A stretch of 63,786 nt of DNA, counting the filler, from Thermodesulfobacteriota bacterium (lineage in GTDB: Bacteria > DASVDK01): assembly GCA_036381125.1 (NCBI GenBank). It is 8 parts of 8 records of this genome, joined end to end, with 100 filler letters (N's around TTAATTAATTAA, not from the genome) between each part and the next. Parts side by side here need not be neighbours in the genome. Positions count along the whole stretch, not along the records: positions 1 to 11,402 come from DASVDK010000069.1; 7 more parts are not named here. The stretch is one strand, 5' to 3'. The notes under the pieces were generated by a model. That model saw nothing but the letters and a program-made list of their open reading frames with translations. It ran no database searches and was not told the origin of the DNA. Every line of letters begins with the position of its first letter. The first letter of the stretch is position 1. This document shows, piece by piece, positions 1-8,892 of the stretch. The translations under genes and the position numbers were made by a program.

Positions 1-208
1 CCCCGGCCGCGCAGGTGGCCGCCGTCACCGTCAGGCTCACGCGGAAGGCCCGGCGGAAGCTCGGGTCGCCGAGCACGTCCGCGTACCAGCGGAGCGTCGC
101 GCCGCGGGGGAGGAGCGTGTTGGTCCAGCTCTCCCCGAACGAGCCGAGGAGCAGGAGCACCATCGGCAGGAAGAGGTAGACGAGGTAGAGGACGGTCACG
201 ACGGACAT
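1..208 (-). CDS. ABC transporter permease, N-terminal part (runs off the window)
   Basis: ATG at 208 with GGAGG upstream; translates MSVVTVLYLVYLFLPMVLLLLGSFGESWTNTLLPRGATLRWYADVLGDPSFRRAF, a typical PotC-like permease N-terminus. Confidence 0.75.
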   Translation of the reverse strand, partial: MSVVTVLYLVYLFLPMVLLLLGSFGESWTNTLLPRGATLRWYADVLGDPSFRRAFRVSLTVTAATCAAG

Positions 209-302
209 CCGTACGGCCTCCGGTTGGGCGCCGGCCTCCGATATGGTGACATCGGACGGTCGGCCTGTCACCCTGCCGAGCGCATGCTCGCCGGGCCAAC
301 GC

Positions 303-331
303 CTGACGGCAAGGCCCCGATCTGGTATCAT
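303..331 (+). promoter_or_regulatory. sigma70-type promoter for tRNA-Ser
   Basis: CTGACG-N17-TATCAT with extended -10 TG, 15 nt before the tRNA. Confidence 0.5.
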
Positions 332-345
332 GCGTCGTCGCCCGC

Positions 346-439
346 GGAGAGATGGCCGAGAGGCTGAAGGCGGCGGTTTGCTAAACCGTTCTAGGGACCA
401 AAATCCCTAGCGAGGGTTCGAATCCCTCTCTCTCCGCCA
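346..439 (+). tRNA. tRNA-Ser(GCT)
   Basis: GGAGAGA/TCTCTCC acceptor stem, G discriminator plus CCA, anticodon arm GCGGT-TTGCTAA-ACCGT, long variable arm, GGTTCGAATCC T-loop. Confidence 0.97.
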
Positions 440-517
440 CTGTTCTCCCCTCGGGTCCGCCCGGACCGCGACGGCCGTTCCCCCTCTTCCCCCGTTCCGA
501 TCGCGCGTCAGCGCCCG

Positions 518-567
518 TCGGGATCGTCCCCGCATCGGGATCGTCCCCGCATCGGGGTCGTCCGCGG
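518..567. repeat. about 3 copies of a 17-bp tandem repeat TCGGGATCGTCCCCGCA
   Basis: copies at 518-534 and 535-551, degenerate third copy from 552. Confidence 0.8.
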
Positions 568-680
568 CGCCGCACGGGAGCATCTGGCGCCCGGGCCGGA
601 AACGCGCTCTTATGAAACGGGCTGTTCCCGATCGAAACGGCCGGCGCGCCGTGAGCCTCGACCTGCGCGGGGGAGCGGGC

Positions 681-696
681 TGGCACGGGATTGGCA
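681..696 (+). promoter_or_regulatory. possible sigma54 (-24/-12) promoter
   Basis: TGGCACG-GGAT-TGGCA, GG-N10-GC spacing, upstream of a kinase/sigma54-activator pair. Confidence 0.45.
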
Positions 697-777
697 CTCC
701 AACCGCCTGCCCGGAGACCTCCGCCCGTGGGCTCGCGGCGGCAGGCAGGGCCACTTCCCACGAGAAGGGACCGCGGC

Positions 778-2439
778 ATGGACCTCTCCCGGGCGCTGAC
801 GCTCGTCGCCGTCGTCGCGTTCACGTTCCAGTTCCTGATCTTCCTGTACCTCTACCCCTCGTCGCGCGAGCGCTTCTTCCGGTACCTCCTCTGGGCGTGG
901 GGCATCTTCGCGGTCGCCAAGGCGCTCAAGTTCGTCGCCGCGTCGCTCCCGGAGACCGAGGCGCACTGGGCGTGGGCCGTCCTCGACGGCGCGGGCGCGG
1001 CCGGGTTCCTCTTCGTCTTCGCCGCGGCGCTCGCCCTGAGGCGGGACTACCGGATCCGCGCGCCGCACGCGGCGGTGGGGATCGCCTACGTCGCGGTCGT
1101 CGGGTGGCTGGCCGACCTTGCCGGCACCCGGAGCGGGGCCGGTCCGCTCGCCGGCCTCCTGAGCAGCGTGCCGCTCGCCCTGGCCGGGGCCCTGCTCTGG
1201 GGCGGCAACCCGAAGCCGGGCACCGGGTCGCGCGAGCGGTTCCTCGCGGGCGCGCTCCTCATCTGGGGCGTGCAGCGGGTCGTGGCGCCGTTCGTCGTGG
1301 CGCCGCAGGGGAGCGTGACGTTCTTCGTCGTCCACTCGAGCTACATGCTCTGCTACTTCCTCGCCGTCTTCGCCATCATCATCATGGTCCTCGACCGCGC
1401 CCGCAGCGAGACGGCGTCGCTCAAGGAGTTCAACGAGCGACTCGTCGACGGGCTCGGCGAGGGGCTCGAGTTGGTCGACGGCGACTACCGGATCCGCCAC
1501 GCGAACCGATGGATGGTGGAGGAGTTCGGCCGCGTCGTGGGCCGTCGCTGCCACGAGGTCCTCACCGGCGGTGCGCGGCCCTGCGACGGCTGCCCCATGG
1601 AGCGCCGCGGCGAGATGGTCGAGCCGAGGCGGCTCGACGTGACGGGGGCGGGAGGCCGCCGGCTGGTGCTGACCTGCTCGCCCGTCCGGCAGCCCGACGG
1701 CGAGGTGTTCCTGCTCGAGCTGGTGGCGGACGTCACGGAGTACGAGCGTCTGCGCGCGCGGCTCGGGGAGGCCGAGCGCCTCGCTGCGGTCGGCGAGCTG
1801 GCGGCGGGGGTCGCGCACGAGATCCGAAATCCCCTGGCCGCCATCGTCAACGCGACCTCGCTGCTCGAACGCGACGACCTCACCGGCGACGAGCGGGCGA
1901 GCACCCTCGGCGCGGTCAAGAAGGAGGCGCGGCGGCTGAACGGCATCGTCTCGGAGTTCCTCGCCTTCGCGCGTCCCGGCGAGCCCAGGCGCGCGATCGG
2001 GGACATCCGCGAAGTCGTCGACCACGTGGCCCGGCTCGTGCGCGAGGACCGCCCGAGGTCGGCGGGCGTGGTGACCGAGGTCCACGTCGACCCGTCGGTG
2101 CCGCCGTTCGCCTTCGACTCGGACCAGCTCACGCAGGTCCTGTGGAACGTCGTCCGCAACGGGATCGAGGCGATCGACGGCCCGGGGCGTCTGCGCATGG
2201 ACGTGGTGCGCGAGAACGGCCACGTCGCGATCGCGGTGTCGGATACCGGCCCCGGTATCCTGCCCGAGGAGCAGCGGCGGATCTTCGAGCCGTTCTACTC
2301 GCGGAAGCGGGGCGGCACCGGGCTCGGCCTCGCCATCGTGCGACGGATCGTCTCCGCGCACGGCGGGCGGATCGAGGTCGAGTCGGGCCGCGGGACGGGG
2401 ACCCGGTTCATCATCTATCTCCCCCTGGACACGAGGTAG
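778..2439 (+). CDS. membrane-bound PAS-domain sensor histidine kinase (NtrB/AtoS-like)
   Basis: multi-TM N-terminus, PAS region, H-box AHEIRNPL, N-box WNVVRNG, DTGPG, GGTGLGL; ATG 778 after AAGGGA. Confidence 0.92.
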   Translation: MDLSRALTLVAVVAFTFQFLIFLYLYPSSRERFFRYLLWAWGIFAVAKALKFVAASLPETEAHWAWAVLDGAGAAGFLFVFAAALALRRDYRIRAPHAAVGIAYVAVVGWLADLAGTRSGAGPLAGLLSSVPLALAGALLWGGNPKPGTGSRERFLAGALLIWGVQRVVAPFVVAPQGSVTFFVVHSSYMLCYFLAVFAIIIMVLDRARSETASLKEFNERLVDGLGEGLELVDGDYRIRHANRWMVEEFGRVVGRRCHEVLTGGARPCDGCPMERRGEMVEPRRLDVTGAGGRRLVLTCSPVRQPDGEVFLLELVADVTEYERLRARLGEAERLAAVGELAAGVAHEIRNPLAAIVNATSLLERDDLTGDERASTLGAVKKEARRLNGIVSEFLAFARPGEPRRAIGDIREVVDHVARLVREDRPRSAGVVTEVHVDPSVPPFAFDSDQLTQVLWNVVRNGIEAIDGPGRLRMDVVRENGHVAIAVSDTGPGILPEEQRRIFEPFYSRKRGGTGLGLAIVRRIVSAHGGRIEVESGRGTGTRFIIYLPLDTR

Positions 2440-2441
2440 GC

Positions 2442-3806
2442 ATGGCCGCGATTCTCGTGATCGACGACGAGGAGTCGCCAAGGCAGACCCTGGCGCTCCT
2501 CCTCAAGAAGCGGGGCCATCGCGTCACGGAAGCGGAGGGCTTCGAGGCGGCGGCGGCGGTGCTCGCGCAGGACGTCTTCGACGTCATCGTGACCGACCTG
2601 CGGATGCCGGACGGCGATGGCCTGGACGTGCTCAACCTGGCCAGGCGGCAGTGTCCGGACGCCGACGTCATCCTGCTCACCGCGTACGCGGGCTGGGAGT
2701 CGGCGAAGGAGGCGATCCGGCTCGGCGCCTTCGACTACTTCGAGAAGGGGCGCGATCCGGACGAGATGCTGCTCAGGATCGACAAGGCGCTCGAGCAGAA
2801 GGCGCTCAGGCGCGAGAACTCGAACCTCCGGCAGCAGGTGCGCGACCGGTACGCGCTCACGGGGATCATCGCCCGCTCGCCCCAGATCCGCGCGGTGCTC
2901 GATCTGGTGACCCGGGTCGCCCCGACCGAGGCGACCGTCCTCGTCCAGGGCGAGTCGGGCACCGGCAAGGAGCTGATCGCCAAGGCGATCCACCACGCGA
3001 GCCCGAGGGCTTCGGGCCCGTTCCTCGCCGTCAACTGCGGGGCGCTGCCCGAGACGCTGCTCGAGTCTGAGCTCTTCGGCCACGTGAAGGGCGCCTTCAC
3101 CGGCGCCACCGCCACCAAGAAGGGGCTCTTCGAGGAGGCCGACGGCGGCACGATCCTCCTCGACGAGATCGGCGACATGGCCCCGGCGCTCCAGGTGAAG
3201 CTCCTGCGCGTGCTGCAGGAGGGGGAGGTGCGCCGCGTCGGCGCCAATCAGCCGATCACGGTGAGCACGCGCGTCGTCGCCGCCACCAACCGCGACCTCC
3301 AGCAGCTCATGCGCCAGGGGAGCTTCCGGGAGGACCTGTACTATCGCCTCAACGTGATCCCGGTGGTCCTCCCCCCGCTGCGCGAGCGGCGCGAGGACAT
3401 CCCGGTCCTCGCCGAACACTTCCTCGAGCGCTTCGCGAGACGCCAGGGCCGCACCCTCCGGCTGAGCCCCCAGGCGATGGAGCGGCTCCTGCGGTACCCG
3501 TGGCCGGGCAACGTGCGCGAGCTCGAGAACGCGATCGAGCGGACGGCGATCCTCGCCCGGCAGGAGGTCATCCGCCCCGAGGACCTTCCGCCCCACGTCG
3601 CCAGCGGCATCGGCCTCGGCGCCGCGCCGCCGCTGCCCGCCCAGGAGTGCCTGGCCGACGTGGAGAAGGCCCACATCCTCCAGACCCTCGAGCGTCTGGC
3701 CTGGAACTACTCGCGCGCGGCCGAGGTGCTCGGGATCGGCCGCACCACCCTCTGGCGGAAGCTCAAGGAGTACGGTCTCGAGCGGCGCGCCTCGGCGTCA
3801 GCCTAG
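2442..3806 (+). CDS. sigma54-dependent response regulator (NtrC family)
   Basis: REC domain (IDDE, TDLRMP), GESGTGKE, GAFTGA, WPGNVRELEN, C-terminal Fis HTH; real start ATG 2442 inside the over-extended ORF 612-3806. Confidence 0.95.
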   Translation: MAAILVIDDEESPRQTLALLLKKRGHRVTEAEGFEAAAAVLAQDVFDVIVTDLRMPDGDGLDVLNLARRQCPDADVILLTAYAGWESAKEAIRLGAFDYFEKGRDPDEMLLRIDKALEQKALRRENSNLRQQVRDRYALTGIIARSPQIRAVLDLVTRVAPTEATVLVQGESGTGKELIAKAIHHASPRASGPFLAVNCGALPETLLESELFGHVKGAFTGATATKKGLFEEADGGTILLDEIGDMAPALQVKLLRVLQEGEVRRVGANQPITVSTRVVAATNRDLQQLMRQGSFREDLYYRLNVIPVVLPPLRERREDIPVLAEHFLERFARRQGRTLRLSPQAMERLLRYPWPGNVRELENAIERTAILARQEVIRPEDLPPHVASGIGLGAAPPLPAQECLADVEKAHILQTLERLAWNYSRAAEVLGIGRTTLWRKLKEYGLERRASASA

Positions 3807-3845
3807 CGCCGCCGCGAACGAGGCCGGGGCTCTACCTTCCCCGCG

Positions 3846-3940
3846 GGAAAATGGAAAGGCCTGACCCCATGGAAAATGGAAAGACCTGACCCCATGGAAA
3901 ACGGAAAGACCTGACCCCGGGGTGACGACCCCGGGGTCAG
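3846..3940. repeat. 3 x 25-bp tandem repeat GGAAAATGGAAAG(G/A)CCTGACCCCAT plus 13-bp perfect hairpin
   Basis: units at 3846, 3871, 3896; CTGACCCCGGGGT-GACG-ACCCCGGGGTCAG at 3911-3940 between convergent genes. Confidence 0.9.
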
Positions 3941-5844
3941 CGGTCGAGGATCTCGCGGACGCGACGGACGAGGTCGGAGGGGCTGAAGGGCTTCTGCACG
4001 AACGGCAGGCTGTTCTCCTGGACGAACTGCTCGTCGATGGCGTTGACGCTGTAGCCGCTCACGACGAGGAACCTGAGCCCCGGCTTGCGCGCCCGAAGCT
4101 CGAGGTAGACCTCCCGCGCGCCGAGCTTCGGCATGACGGCGTCCACGATCGCGAGGGCGACGTCGTCCTCGTGGCGCTCGAACGCCTCGAGCGCCTGCTC
4201 GCCGTCGGCCGCGGTCGCCACCCGGTAGCCCGCCGCCTCGAGCGTCCGCACGATCAGCTCCCGGACCATGTCGTCGTCCTCGGCGAGCAGGATCGTCTCG
4301 TGGCCGCCGCGAGCCGGCGGCGCGGCCCTCTGCGGGGTCCGCTCGGCCTTCGCCTCGACCACCGGGAAGTACACCGTGAAGCTCGCCCCCTTGCCCGGCT
4401 CGCTCTCCACCTGGATGAGCCCGTCGTGCTGCTTGACGATGCCGTAGACCGTGGCCAGGCCGAGCCCCGTCCCCTGACCCGGCCCCTTGGTCGTGAAGAA
4501 CGGGTCGAAGATGCTCTGCATGGTCGCCTCGTCCATCCCGATGCCGGTGTCGGTCACCCGGATGAACGTGTACGCGCCGGGCCGGGCCCAGGCGTTGACG
4601 CGGCAGAAGTCGGCGTCGAGCCGGGCGCTGCCGCTCTCCACGACGAGCCGCCCGCCGCCCGGCATCGCGTCGCGGGCGTTGACGCAGAGGTTCATGAGCA
4701 CCTGCTCGACCTGGACCGGGTCGACGTAGGCCGACTCGACGCGGTCCGACGTGCGGATGTCGACGACGATCCGCTCGCCGATCACGCGGCGGAGAAAGGC
4801 CTCCACCTCGCCGATGATCCGGTTGAGGTCGACCTGCCGGCGCTCGAGGACCTGCCGGCGCGAGAAGGCGAGGAGCTGCCGGGTGAGCACCGCCGCGTGC
4901 TCGGCCTGCTTGCGGATCTGCAGGAGGTCGCCGTGCAGCGGGTGCGCGGGGGAGAGCCGCATGAGGGCGAGGTCGGCGAAGCCGCTGATCCCGGTGAGGA
5001 TGTTGTTGAAGTCGTGGGCGACGCCGCCCGCGAGGGTGCCGATGCTCTCCATGCGCTGCGCCTGCTGGAGCTGGCGCTCGAGCGACCGCCGCTCGGTGAT
5101 GTCGCGCATGATGCTCAGGAAGAGGCCGGGGGCCGAGCGCATGCCGATCACGTCGACGAGCCGGCGCCCGCCGTCCCGGCTCGCGATCGCGAACTCCCCC
5201 CGAAGGGCGCCGGTCGACTCCAGCTCGCCGAGCGCCGCCTCGAACCGCTCGCGGTCCTCGGGCGCCACCGCGTCGGCGGGCGTGTGCCACTCGCCGAGGA
5301 GGTCGTCCCGCGAGGTGCCGACCAGGTCGCAGTAGGCGCGGTTGGCGTCGACGAGCCGCCGGCTCTCGGCCCAGACGGCGATGGCGTCGAGCGCGCTCTC
5401 GAAGAGGGTGCGGTAGCGGGCCTCGGAGGCCCGGAGGCGCGCCTCGGCGCGCCGCCGCTCGCGCCGGCCGGCCGCCTCCCGAATCTCCCGCTCGATGGCC
5501 GGCACGAGCCGGGCGAGGTTGTCCTTCATGATGTAGTCGTGCGCGCCCGCCTTCATCGCGGCCACGGCGGTCGCCTCCCCGATGCGCCCCGACACCACGA
5601 GGAAGGGGAGATCGAGGCGCTGCTCGTGCAGGAGCTTGAGCGCGGCGAGCGCCGAGAAGCGCGGCAGGCCGTAGTCGGCGATGACGACGTCCCAGGTCCG
5701 CTCGCGGAGCGCCTCGGCCATCGCCTCCGGCGTGTCGACCCGGTGCAGGAGCGGCTCGTACCCGCCCTGCCGGAGCTGGCGCTCGACGAGCCTGAGGTCG
5801 TCTTCCGAGTCCTGCACCATGAGGACCCGGAGCGGCGTGCTCAT
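3937..5844 (-). CDS. hybrid sensor kinase REC-PAS-HisKA-HATPase-REC
   Basis: N-terminal REC, AHDFNNIL, NARDAM, DPFFTTK, GTGLGL, C-terminal REC. Confidence 0.93.
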   Translation of the reverse strand: MSTPLRVLMVQDSEDDLRLVERQLRQGGYEPLLHRVDTPEAMAEALRERTWDVVIADYGLPRFSALAALKLLHEQRLDLPFLVVSGRIGEATAVAAMKAGAHDYIMKDNLARLVPAIEREIREAAGRRERRRAEARLRASEARYRTLFESALDAIAVWAESRRLVDANRAYCDLVGTSRDDLLGEWHTPADAVAPEDRERFEAALGELESTGALRGEFAIASRDGGRRLVDVIGMRSAPGLFLSIMRDITERRSLERQLQQAQRMESIGTLAGGVAHDFNNILTGISGFADLALMRLSPAHPLHGDLLQIRKQAEHAAVLTRQLLAFSRRQVLERRQVDLNRIIGEVEAFLRRVIGERIVVDIRTSDRVESAYVDPVQVEQVLMNLCVNARDAMPGGGRLVVESGSARLDADFCRVNAWARPGAYTFIRVTDTGIGMDEATMQSIFDPFFTTKGPGQGTGLGLATVYGIVKQHDGLIQVESEPGKGASFTVYFPVVEAKAERTPQRAAPPARGGHETILLAEDDDMVRELIVRTLEAAGYRVATAADGEQALEAFERHEDDVALAIVDAVMPKLGAREVYLELRARKPGLRFLVVSGYSVNAIDEQFVQENSLPFVQKPFSPSDLVRRVREILDR

Positions 5845-5920
5845 CTCCTCCCTCCTCGGTCTCCGTGCACTAGTGCACCGACGGGCGCGCCCGGATGGGC
5901 GTCGCGGGGCGCGCGCCCCC

Positions 5921-6709
5921 TTATACCAGATGGCGGCGGAACTGGTGCGCCGGGGTGAGGTAGCGCGCGGTCGCCATGCGAACGAAGAGCAGGGAGGCGA
6001 TCGCCGTCGCGGCGGCCAGCATGACGACGACGACGAGCTGGTACTCCACGGCGACGAGCGGGGAGGCGCCGGCCAGCACCTGGCCGGTCATCATGCCGGG
6101 GAGCTGCACGACGCCGACCGTCATCATCCCGTTGACCGTCGGCAGCATGGCCGCCCCGAGCGCCGCGCGCACCATCGGCTGCACCGCCTCGCGTCCCGAG
6201 AAGCCGAGGGCGAGCCGCGCCTCGACCTCCGCCGCCCGGTTCCTGAGGTCCGCCTGGAGCCGGTCGCCGGCGAGCGAGGCGCTCGTCATCGCGTTGCCGA
6301 GGATCATGCCGCCGATGGGGATCAGGTACTGCGGCGTCCACCAGGGGCGCACCTGGACGACGACGCCGATCACGTAGACCAGGATCCCGGCGGTCGACAG
6401 CGAGAGCGCGAGCGCCGCGACGGCGTGGGCGCCGGGCGGCGGCTTCTTGAGCCGCGCCACGGCCGCCCGGGTGGCGATGCCGGCCATCACGGCCAGGATG
6501 AGGAGCACCCACCACCAGTAGGCCCGGGCGAACACCCACGTGAGGACGAAGCCGACCAGGTAGAGCTGGAGGATCGCCCGCAGCGTCCCGACGGCGAGGT
6601 CGCGCTCGAGCCCGAGCCGCTGGCGGACGGAGACCGCGATCACCACCGCGATCAGGAGGATGGCCAGGCCGACCTGCCGGAGGTCGAGGTCGATGACGCC
6701 GCCGGTCAT
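5921..6709 (-). CDS. fetB: iron export ABC permease (UPF0014/FetB family)
   Basis: IPIGGMILGNAM, EARLALG, LPGMMTGQVLAGASP..AVEYQ motifs; overlaps upstream ATPase. Confidence 0.88.
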   Translation of the reverse strand: MTGGVIDLDLRQVGLAILLIAVVIAVSVRQRLGLERDLAVGTLRAILQLYLVGFVLTWVFARAYWWWVLLILAVMAGIATRAAVARLKKPPPGAHAVAALALSLSTAGILVYVIGVVVQVRPWWTPQYLIPIGGMILGNAMTSASLAGDRLQADLRNRAAEVEARLALGFSGREAVQPMVRAALGAAMLPTVNGMMTVGVVQLPGMMTGQVLAGASPLVAVEYQLVVVVMLAAATAIASLLFVRMATARYLTPAHQFRRHLV

Positions 6710-7494
6710 CGCGCCGCCACCGCCGCCGGGCTCTCGCCCCGCAGGAACGCCTGGAGCCGCGCGTCGGTGATCGCGTCCGAGTGGCCGTCGATGCACTCGT
6801 ACGCCTGGACGGCGCCGCCGACGAGGTAGAGGAAGCAGCCGCCGAGCCGTCTCAGCAGCTCCGCCTGATGCGTCACGGCCACCACGGTGAGGCCGAGCGA
6901 CTCGCGCAGCCCCACGACGGTCTCCACGACGAGCGCCGCGTTGGGCGGGTCGAGGGCCGAGGTAGGCTCGTCGAGGAGGAGCGCCTCGGGCCCGCCGATG
7001 AGGGCGCGCGCGATGACGACGCGCTGCTTCTCGCCGCCCGAGAGGGTGGCCGCCTCGCGGTCGAGGAAATGCGCCTCCATGCCGACCGCCTCGAGCGCCC
7101 GCACGAGCCGGGCCTCGGACAGGTCGAGCCGCTCCGGATGCGGCTGCACCCCGAGGTTGTCCCGCACCGTCCCCTCGAAGACGATCGGCGTCTGCTGGAC
7201 CATCGCCACGCGGCGCCTGAGGTCGAGCGGGTCGAGCGTCGTGATGTCGCGGCCGTTGAAGAAGACCGTCCCTGGCGGCGGCTCCTCCAGGCGGTTGAGG
7301 CAGCGGAGCAGCGTCGACTTGCCGGAGCCCGACGGACCGAGCAGGGTGAGGGAGCTGCCCCGGTCGACCTCGACGCTCACGTCGCGCAGGACCTGGACCG
7401 GCGGCCGACCCCGCTCGCCCGGGAAGGCGAGCGACAGGTGGTCGACCTTGAAGACGGGGTCGCGGACGGGCGGCGGCGGCGCGGCGATCGGCAT
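6706..7494 (-). CDS. fetA: ABC ATP-binding protein (FetA-like)
   Basis: GPSGSGKS, LSGGEKQR, LLLDEPT; adjacent to fetB. Confidence 0.8.
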   Translation of the reverse strand: MPIAAPPPPVRDPVFKVDHLSLAFPGERGRPPVQVLRDVSVEVDRGSSLTLLGPSGSGKSTLLRCLNRLEEPPPGTVFFNGRDITTLDPLDLRRRVAMVQQTPIVFEGTVRDNLGVQPHPERLDLSEARLVRALEAVGMEAHFLDREAATLSGGEKQRVVIARALIGGPEALLLDEPTSALDPPNAALVVETVVGLRESLGLTVVAVTHQAELLRRLGGCFLYLVGGAVQAYECIDGHSDAITDARLQAFLRGESPAAVAAR

Positions 7495-7602
7495 GGTCGC
7501 GTGCGATCTTAGCGCACCGCCTTCGATCGACCGCGTCCCGACCCGCGCCGGACCGATCGATCGGCCCGGCCCCTGGGCGGGCAATCTCTCGGTCGATCTG
7601 GT

Positions 7603-7932
7603 ATGGAGGCTGCACGGGCGCTCCGGCTGATGCGGGGTCTGCTTCGCGAGGATCTCGCCAGGATGAGGGATCGATTGGTCGGCCGTGCCGGCGGCCCCTG
7701 TTCCACGTGTCGAGACTGGACGCCTGTTGTGCGGTGGGTCGAGCCGCCCGGGCCCGCCTGGGGGCCCGAGGCGGTCGAGGCGCCCGAAACCTGCCCGCGC
7801 TGCGGCCGGCAGCGGGACGTCATCGAGCTGCTCGACCGGCGGCGTCGGGCTGCCGACCGGCGAGGTTCCGGACGGCCCGGGCGCCGGGCCGCCGACCGGG
7901 ACATGCCGTCCCGTTCCGGCTCGCCTGCCTGA
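7603..7932 (+). CDS. hypothetical protein with two CxxC motifs
   Basis: CSTC...CPRC, possible Zn ribbon; fills the gap between fetA and the AhpD gene. Confidence 0.45.
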   Translation: MEAARALRLMRGLLREDLARMRDRLVGRAGGPCSTCRDWTPVVRWVEPPGPAWGPEAVEAPETCPRCGRQRDVIELLDRRRRAADRRGSGRPGRRAADRDMPSRSGSPA

Positions 7933-7978
7933 CCCGGTTCGCTTCGCGCCCCGGCCGGGAGAGGCGGCGCGCCGCCGA

Positions 7979-8557
7979 TCAGGGCCGGGGCGTGGACGCG
8001 TCCGCGGGCGCCTGCGGCCGCCAGGCGCAGAAGCCCTGCGCGTCGACCCCGAGCGCCCGGTTGAGCTTGCTGCGGAAGTTCTCGAGCGCGATCACCGCCG
8101 CCAGCTCCACCGCCGCCGGCTCCGAGAAGTGCTCGCGCACCCGCGCGAAGAGCGCGTCGTCCACCTCCCGCCCCGTGATCGTCATCGCCTCGGCCATCTC
8201 GAGCGCCGCCCGCTCCCGCCCGTCGAAGAGCGGGCTCTCGCGGAAGCGCTCGATCGCCTCCAGCTTCTCCTGCGTCGCCCCGCTGCGCATCCCCCTGGAT
8301 GCGTTGATGTCGATTCAGAAGGGGCAGCCGTTGAGGAGCGCGACCCTCAGGTTCACCAGGGCGCGCAGGTTCGGATCGAGGTGCCCCGACCGCTCCACCG
8401 CGGCCGAGAGCGCCCGGGCCGCGCCGAGGATCGGCGGGCAGTGGGCGAGGACCTTCGTCGTGTTCAGCGTGGCGCCGTAGCGCTCCTCGTCCTGGGCGAA
8501 GACCTCGCGCAGGATCGGATCGCCGCCGTCGCCCTCGATCTCCGTGACTCGCGGCAT
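7979..8557 (-). CDS. AhpD/carboxymuconolactone decarboxylase family selenoprotein, 192 aa, CPFU (Sec81)
   Basis: track ORFs 8315-8557 and 7979-8290 share one frame; the junction reads LLNGCPF-TGA-IDINASRGMRSG, so TGA 8315-8317 replaces the second Cys of the family CxxC; hairpin follows. Confidence 0.88.
8286..8303 (-). promoter_or_regulatory. putative bacterial SECIS element
   Basis: CGCATCC-AGGG-GGATGCG, loop begins 18 nt after UGA. Confidence 0.7.
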
Positions 8558-8666
8558 GGAGGGGCCTCCCTGGGGGGATATTCAAGCACGGCGGAGGCCA
8601 GGACGGCAGAGGCGGCGGGCGGAGGCCCGCGCGCCGCGACCCCGAGGGCCGGGCCCCGGGGCGACG

Positions 8667-8695
8667 TTGACAGCCGGCGGGGGGCGCGGTACAAA
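8667..8695 (+). promoter_or_regulatory. sigma70 promoter for tRNA-Arg
   Basis: TTGACA-N17-TACAAA. Confidence 0.6.
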
Positions 8696-8778
8696 TCTCC
8701 GGTCTGGCCGCGGACTTACAGCAGGGCTCGATCTCCGGGCGGCCAGGCATCTCCCTTCTGCTGCACACCCCGCCGCGT

Positions 8779-8855
8779 GCGCCCGTAGCTCAGCTGGATA
8801 GAGCACCAGACTACGAATCTGGGGGCCAGGTGTTCGAATCACCTCGGGCGCACCA
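8779..8855 (+). tRNA. tRNA-Arg(ACG)
   Basis: GCGCCCG/CGGGCGC acceptor, anticodon arm CCAGA-CTACGAA-TCTGG, TTCGAATC T-loop, ACCA end. Confidence 0.97.
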
Positions 8856-8892
8856 GTATTCACGGGCACTTAGCTGGGTCCGGCCTCTCGCC

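Noticed and set aside
346-439. Long-variable-arm tRNA as tRNA-Sec (selC)
   Set aside because: The anticodon is GCT and the acceptor stem is 7 bp, so it is tRNA-Ser. No selA/B/C/D gene is visible in this window.
612-3806. 1064-aa fused ORF, and similar over-extended ORFs (13833-15797, 31344-33917, 40984-43527, 43794-45755, 50592-52841, 54489-57101, 61728-63506)
   Set aside because: The N-terminal parts are off-frame readings of the upstream gene in high-GC DNA; the real starts are internal.
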